Shown piece after piece: positions 27,020 through 30,848 of a stretch of DNA of 30,848 nt. A program made the position numbers and the translations under genes. The stretch spans positions 1 to 30,848 of the forward strand of contig CAWBMV010000033.1 in assembly GCA_963789955.1 (NCBI GenBank), in the 5' to 3' direction. Source of the stretch: an uncultured Candidatus Rokubacteria bacterium. Its GTDB lineage: Bacteria > Methylomirabilota > Methylomirabilia > Rokubacteriales > CSP1-6. Each line of letters opens with the position of its first letter. The stretch's first letter is position 1. Below the pieces are notes generated by a model. The model saw only the letters and a list, made by a program, of their open reading frames with translations. It did no database searches and was not told the origin of the DNA.

Positions 27020-27646
27020 ATGAGCCTGAAGGTGACGACATTCACTGCAATCGCCGGAATTCTGATGTGCGCCCAGTCGCCCGCGGTCGACGCTGACGCG
27101 CTAAGACTCGCTCAGACGTCGGGGACCGAGAAGGCACCGGCCGCGACCAACAAACCGCTTGGGCGCTCCGAGGGCCGGGCCGTGACCGTCAAGGGGACCA
27201 TTTCCGCCATCGACAAGGAAAAGAGCACCGTCACGCTCAAAGGGCCCAAAGGCCGTACCGTCACCCTCGAGGTGAAGGATCCCCAGAAGTTCGACGTGAT
27301 CAAGGTCGGCGATCCCGTCGTGGCCACCTACATGGAAGCGGTCGCGTTCCAGATCAAGAAGCCGGGCACCGCGACGCCGGGCACCACGGTTCAGGAGAGC
27401 CGCGTGAGCTCGAAGCCCGGCGAGACGCCGGCCGGCGCGGTCGGCCAGGAAGTCACGGTCACCGCCACGATCACCGCCATCGACAAGAAGGCTCACACCG
27501 TCACGATCAAGGGCCCCAACGGCAACACGGAGACCGTCAAGGCGAAGGACCCGAAGAACCTCGATCTCGTCAAGGTCGGAGATCTGGTCGAGATCAGTTA
27601 TATGCAGGCGCTGGCCGTGTCGCTCGACATACCCGCGAAGAAATAG
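27020..27646 (+). CDS. Exported protein with two tandem OB-fold-like repeats; paralog of 13255-13839
   Basis: AGGAGG RBS; signal-like N-terminus; two copies of AIDK...TVT(L/I)KGP.G...KDP...D..KVGD. Confidence 0.82.
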   Translation: MSLKVTTFTAIAGILMCAQSPAVDADALRLAQTSGTEKAPAATNKPLGRSEGRAVTVKGTISAIDKEKSTVTLKGPKGRTVTLEVKDPQKFDVIKVGDPVVATYMEAVAFQIKKPGTATPGTTVQESRVSSKPGETPAGAVGQEVTVTATITAIDKKAHTVTIKGPNGNTETVKAKDPKNLDLVKVGDLVEISYMQALAVSLDIPAKK

Positions 27647-27674
27647 GCCGCGCGGAGCCGGCCGCCGAAGAAAC

Positions 27675-29384
27675 TCAAACCTTGAGCGGGAACTCGGGCA
27701 AGGGCAGCTTGCCCTCGGTGCGCAAGCGCTGCACTTCGGCGGCCGCGGCCCCGGCCCGCTCGGTGTCGATGCCGGCGGTGGCGCTGTAGTTGGTCTGCGC
27801 CGGCAGGGCGAACGCCGTCCCGGCCGTTGCGACGACATCCATCACCCGGAGGCAGAGGTCCTCGCGAACCGCCAGGAAGTCGTTGTAATCCCGGGTGCGG
27901 ACGTAGACGAAGAGCTCGACGTCGAGCGAGCTCGCGCCGAAGCCGCTGAATCGCACGCGCGAGGTGTCGGGGTCGACGCGAGGATGCGCGTCGAGCAAGG
28001 CCCGTATGCGGACGAGGACCCAGCGAAGCTGGTCCGGTGACGTCTCGTAACGCAATCGCAGGGTCGTGTTGAACAGGATGCGATCCCGCTCCTGGAGGTT
28101 CTCCACCTGCAGGTCGAGGAACTTGGCGTTGGGGATCGTGATCACCGAGCGTTCGGGCGTACGCACGCGCGTGGACCAGAGGCCGATCCGCTCGACGGTC
28201 CCCTGCTGGTCGCCGAAGCGGCAGAAGTCACCCACCTGAACGGGCTGGTCGCCGACCACCGCGAGCCCTCCGAAGAGATTCTCCACGGTGCGCTGGGCTG
28301 CCAGCGCGATCCCGATGCCGCCGACGCCGATCGCCGCGATCAGCGCGCTGACCTGGACGCCTACCGCTTCGAGGAGCATCAGGGCCGCCATGACCGTCAC
28401 CACGATCTTGAGCCCGCGCTGAATGAAGTCGATCACCGGCTGGCTCGGGGGCTCCTGGCGACGGAGCAGTCGCCGCCGGACGAGCTGGCTCGATACCTCG
28501 ATGAGACGCAGGGCGAGCCAGCTCACGATGATGACGAGCACGAACTTCTGGATCCCGACGACGATCGGTCGGACGGCCACCGGCAGCGCGAGGCTGGATT
28601 CGCCGATCTTGAACGCGATGAGCCCGACCAGCCCGCGCAGCGGCGAGAGCGCTCGGCCAAAGGCGGGATCGGTAACGTCGAAGCCCGCCCGGATCGCCAG
28701 CCGGCGCGTCAGCGGCAACCCCGGGCGGACGACGATACACGCGATGAGCCAGGACACGCCGAGCAGGATCAGGAGCCCGATCCACTGCCACAGCGCGAGC
28801 CGGAGTACTCGCGTCTCGACGAGGAACGGCGGCAGACGCTCGCCGACGATCCCGTAGGTCAGGTTCTTGTAGAGATCGGGGATCCGCGAGACGGTGACGT
28901 TCGAGAACTGCCAGATCGGGACGCCGTCGTCGCGGGGCACCCGCTCCATGAGGAGCGAGAACGCTCCTTTGTCCGTCTCGACCCGCCCGATGAGCTCGCG
29001 GTTCGATGCCAAGCCGGTCTCCGGGCGACCCTCCGGCTCGTCTGAGATCGCCCCGAGATCGAACAGCGTGTTGTCGAGCACGACCCGAAGCTGATGCGCC
29101 AGCTCGGGTCCTCGTGCCGCGACTTCGGCGGCGGGGATGCGCCGCAAGTCGAGATAGCTCGCGGCGCGACGGTAGTTGTGGAGGGCTGCGGCGTCGAGAA
29201 AGCCGCGCAGCGCGCTTTGAGGCGTGCCGCGTCCGAGCTCGTCGACTGGCGGCGGCGCTGTCACGGCGGGCGCGGACTTGGCGCCAGTCGTATGGTCAGC
29301 CGGCGCCGCCGGCGATGCGACGACGAGCGTCCCCACGATGACCGCGAAGCCAAGGACCCGACAGCACACGGCCTTTCCCATCAC
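27675..29384 (-). CDS. MscS-family mechanosensitive channel with an N-terminal periplasmic domain
   Basis: GVGGIGIALAAQRTVENLFGG, DQPVQVGDFC, GTVERIGLWSTRVRT, IPN; N-terminal LGRGTPQSALRGFL domain. Confidence 0.92.
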   Translation of the reverse strand: MMGKAVCCRVLGFAVIVGTLVVASPAAPADHTTGAKSAPAVTAPPPVDELGRGTPQSALRGFLDAAALHNYRRAASYLDLRRIPAAEVAARGPELAHQLRVVLDNTLFDLGAISDEPEGRPETGLASNRELIGRVETDKGAFSLLMERVPRDDGVPIWQFSNVTVSRIPDLYKNLTYGIVGERLPPFLVETRVLRLALWQWIGLLILLGVSWLIACIVVRPGLPLTRRLAIRAGFDVTDPAFGRALSPLRGLVGLIAFKIGESSLALPVAVRPIVVGIQKFVLVIIVSWLALRLIEVSSQLVRRRLLRRQEPPSQPVIDFIQRGLKIVVTVMAALMLLEAVGVQVSALIAAIGVGGIGIALAAQRTVENLFGGLAVVGDQPVQVGDFCRFGDQQGTVERIGLWSTRVRTPERSVITIPNAKFLDLQVENLQERDRILFNTTLRLRYETSPDQLRWVLVRIRALLDAHPRVDPDTSRVRFSGFGASSLDVELFVYVRTRDYNDFLAVREDLCLRVMDVVATAGTAFALPAQTNYSATAGIDTERAGAAAAEVQRLRTEGKLPLPEFPLKV

Positions 29385-29434
29385 ATGGCTCCCTTTCGAT
29401 CACGACAGCCTACGCAACTCTCGCTCAGTCCATG

Positions 29435-29452
29435 CCTGGACAAAGGTCTCAT
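29435..29452. promoter_or_regulatory. Palindromic operator box, copy 7 (CCTGGACAAAGGTCTCAT)
   Basis: About 50 bp upstream of the MscS gene; nearly identical to copy 6, including the following GG. Confidence 0.7.
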
Positions 29453-29491
29453 GGTCGACCGGTGGGACCTGGCGTGAGGTCGTGCAGGCGT

Positions 29492-30184
29492 TCAGAGGTC
29501 GAAGATGGACCGTGACCCGGTCCCGCCCTCGAGCAAATCGCGCTGGATCATGCGCCGCCACAACTTTTCGGCGGCCTCGTCGATCGGGACGAGCCGGTCG
29601 TGTCTCACCACCTCGCTCGCGAGGGCGAGTTCCCCGGCCGACTCCCAGAGAATGTGGCCCGTCCGCGTGTCCCACAGCTGCAGCCACACGCGCAGAATCG
29701 ACACGCGAGTCCTGATCACCTTGACGCCGGCGATCTCGAACCTGTCCAGGACGACCTGATCGAGCTGCGCCAGCCCCGGAAGCAGCAGATAGCGGAAGCC
29801 GAGCGCCGACCCGATTCGCTGCAGCCGCTCACGATCCACGATGCCGGTGCGGGCGAAGCCCTCCAGCAGCTCGGCGTAGGCCGTCGCGAGGCCCTGATCG
29901 TTGAGCGCGTTCGCGATCTCGCGGGCCGGAATCGCGCGGATGGGCGGAGACGCGTTGGCGAGCGCGGCGACGAGCGCGTGAGACAGCGCCATGCTCAATC
30001 CCTGGAGCGCGGCGGGCGCGACGAGACCAGGGGTTGCCACCGGCTCGCGCGAGAGCTCGCTAACGTCGAACGACGGAGGCCTCGCCGTGGACGTGGTGTT
30101 GATGTCCCACATGTAAAGCGGCGTGCAGCCGATAATGAATACGGCTACGACCACGACGAGCGGCCCGCTCACGCGTTTTGCCAC
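29492..30184 (-). CDS. Hypothetical lipoprotein (possibly CsgG/LpoB-like fold)
   Basis: Lipobox-like FIIGC; LQRIGSALGFRYLL and LQLWDTRTGHILWES resemble CsgG/LpoB/GNA1162-type domains. Confidence 0.7.
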   Translation of the reverse strand: MAKRVSGPLVVVVAVFIIGCTPLYMWDINTTSTARPPSFDVSELSREPVATPGLVAPAALQGLSMALSHALVAALANASPPIRAIPAREIANALNDQGLATAYAELLEGFARTGIVDRERLQRIGSALGFRYLLLPGLAQLDQVVLDRFEIAGVKVIRTRVSILRVWLQLWDTRTGHILWESAGELALASEVVRHDRLVPIDEAAEKLWRRMIQRDLLEGGTGSRSIFDL

Positions 30185-30257
30185 GGTGCTTCAGCCTACT
30201 CCGATCATGAAGTCGTCATCACCCGCAAACTATCGAAGATGCGCCGCTCGCGACTCG

Positions 30258-30275
30258 CTTGGACTAAGGTCCAGT
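30258..30275. promoter_or_regulatory. Palindromic operator box, copy 8 (CTTGGACTAAGGTCCAGT)
   Basis: Lies between the divergent lipoprotein and PRC-barrel genes; matches copy 2 at 16 of 18 positions. Confidence 0.7.
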
Positions 30276-30378
30276 TCCCACCCCCCCGCGAGAAGCGTAG
30301 TCCTTCGTTGCGGGGGCCCGCGTGACAGCCGATCAACGATCGTAGGAATACCCAACACCAACCGACAGGAGGAACACC

Positions 30379-30771
30379 GTGAAAACAATGGTCGTGGTGC
30401 TCATGAGCCTCATCGTCGCCGTCGCGGCGGCCGATTCGGTGGCGCAGACCGCCGGCTCGAGCGTGGTCAGCGTCTCGGTATCGGAGGTAAAAGAAGTCGC
30501 GAAGGGGTGGAGCGCGAAGAAGCAGATTCTCGGGAAGGACGTCTACAACGACACCGGTGACAAGATCGGCGAGATCAACGACCTGATCGTGGCGCCCAAC
30601 AAGACGGTGTCGTACGCGATCGTCGGCGTCGGTGGGTTCCTCGGCGTGGGCGAACGCGACGTCGCCGTCCCGGTGTCGAAGTTGCAGCAGCAGATGGGCA
30701 AGATCGTCCTGAAAGGCGCGACCAAGGACGCGTTGAAGTCCGCCCCCGAATTCAAGTACGCCAAGGATTAG
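30379..30771 (+). CDS. Exported PRC-barrel domain protein
   Basis: AGGAGG RBS; signal peptide; WSAKKQILGKDVYNDTGDKIGEINDLIV and GVGGFLGVGERDVAVP. Confidence 0.9.
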   Translation: MKTMVVVLMSLIVAVAAADSVAQTAGSSVVSVSVSEVKEVAKGWSAKKQILGKDVYNDTGDKIGEINDLIVAPNKTVSYAIVGVGGFLGVGERDVAVPVSKLQQQMGKIVLKGATKDALKSAPEFKYAKD

Positions 30772-30796
30772 AACCGGAATCGGTCAAACTGGAATC

Positions 30797-30827
30797 GCGC
30801 GGCGCCCGCAGACCTTGGGCGCCGCGC
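30797..30827 (+). terminator. GC-rich hairpin after the PRC-barrel gene (possible terminator)
   Basis: 11-bp stem GCGCGGCGCCC/GGGCGCCGCGC with a 9-nt loop; no U-tract. Confidence 0.4.
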
Positions 30828-30848
30828 ATCATGGCGGCACGGCGGGAA

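Noticed and set aside
2573..30275. The recurring palindromes considered as CRISPR repeats, REP elements or restriction sites (GACNNNNGTC)
   Set aside because: They are not arrayed with spacers, are short and degenerate, and lie 5' of genes rather than 3'; no cas or restriction-modification genes are present.
30772..30797. Short direct repeat AACCGGAATCG / AACTGGAATCG after the PRC-barrel gene
   Set aside because: Only two imperfect 11-bp copies at the window edge; cannot be distinguished from chance.

Overview
High-GC (about 70%) diderm bacterial DNA; the gene style is compatible with Ca. Rokubacteria/Methylomirabilota, but that is only an impression. The left end carries a GcvT-family (dimethylglycine dehydrogenase-like) gene and a GbcA-like Rieske oxygenase, separated by a DUF3943 gene and followed by a 172-bp element with perfect 42-bp inverted repeats. 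The rest is a cell-envelope and signalling cluster: TamB, an Omp85 with about 7 POTRA domains, a SurA-N-like protein, DUF481, an orphan GltI-type binding protein, an octaheme-HEAT-TPR protein, Pal, MscS, a PRC-barrel protein, several lipoproteins, two FixL/NodV-like kinases, two single-domain receivers and a FixJ-like regulator. The main unannotated signal is an 18-bp palindromic box (core GAC-NWWG-GTC, same geometry as the mycobacterial DosR box) present in 8 intergenic regions, upstream of most transcription units, which suggests a locally encoded two-component regulon. Two genes, the octaheme protein and the FixJ-like regulator, have +1 frameshifts that may be sequencing errors. No rRNA, tRNA, CRISPR array or transposase was seen.
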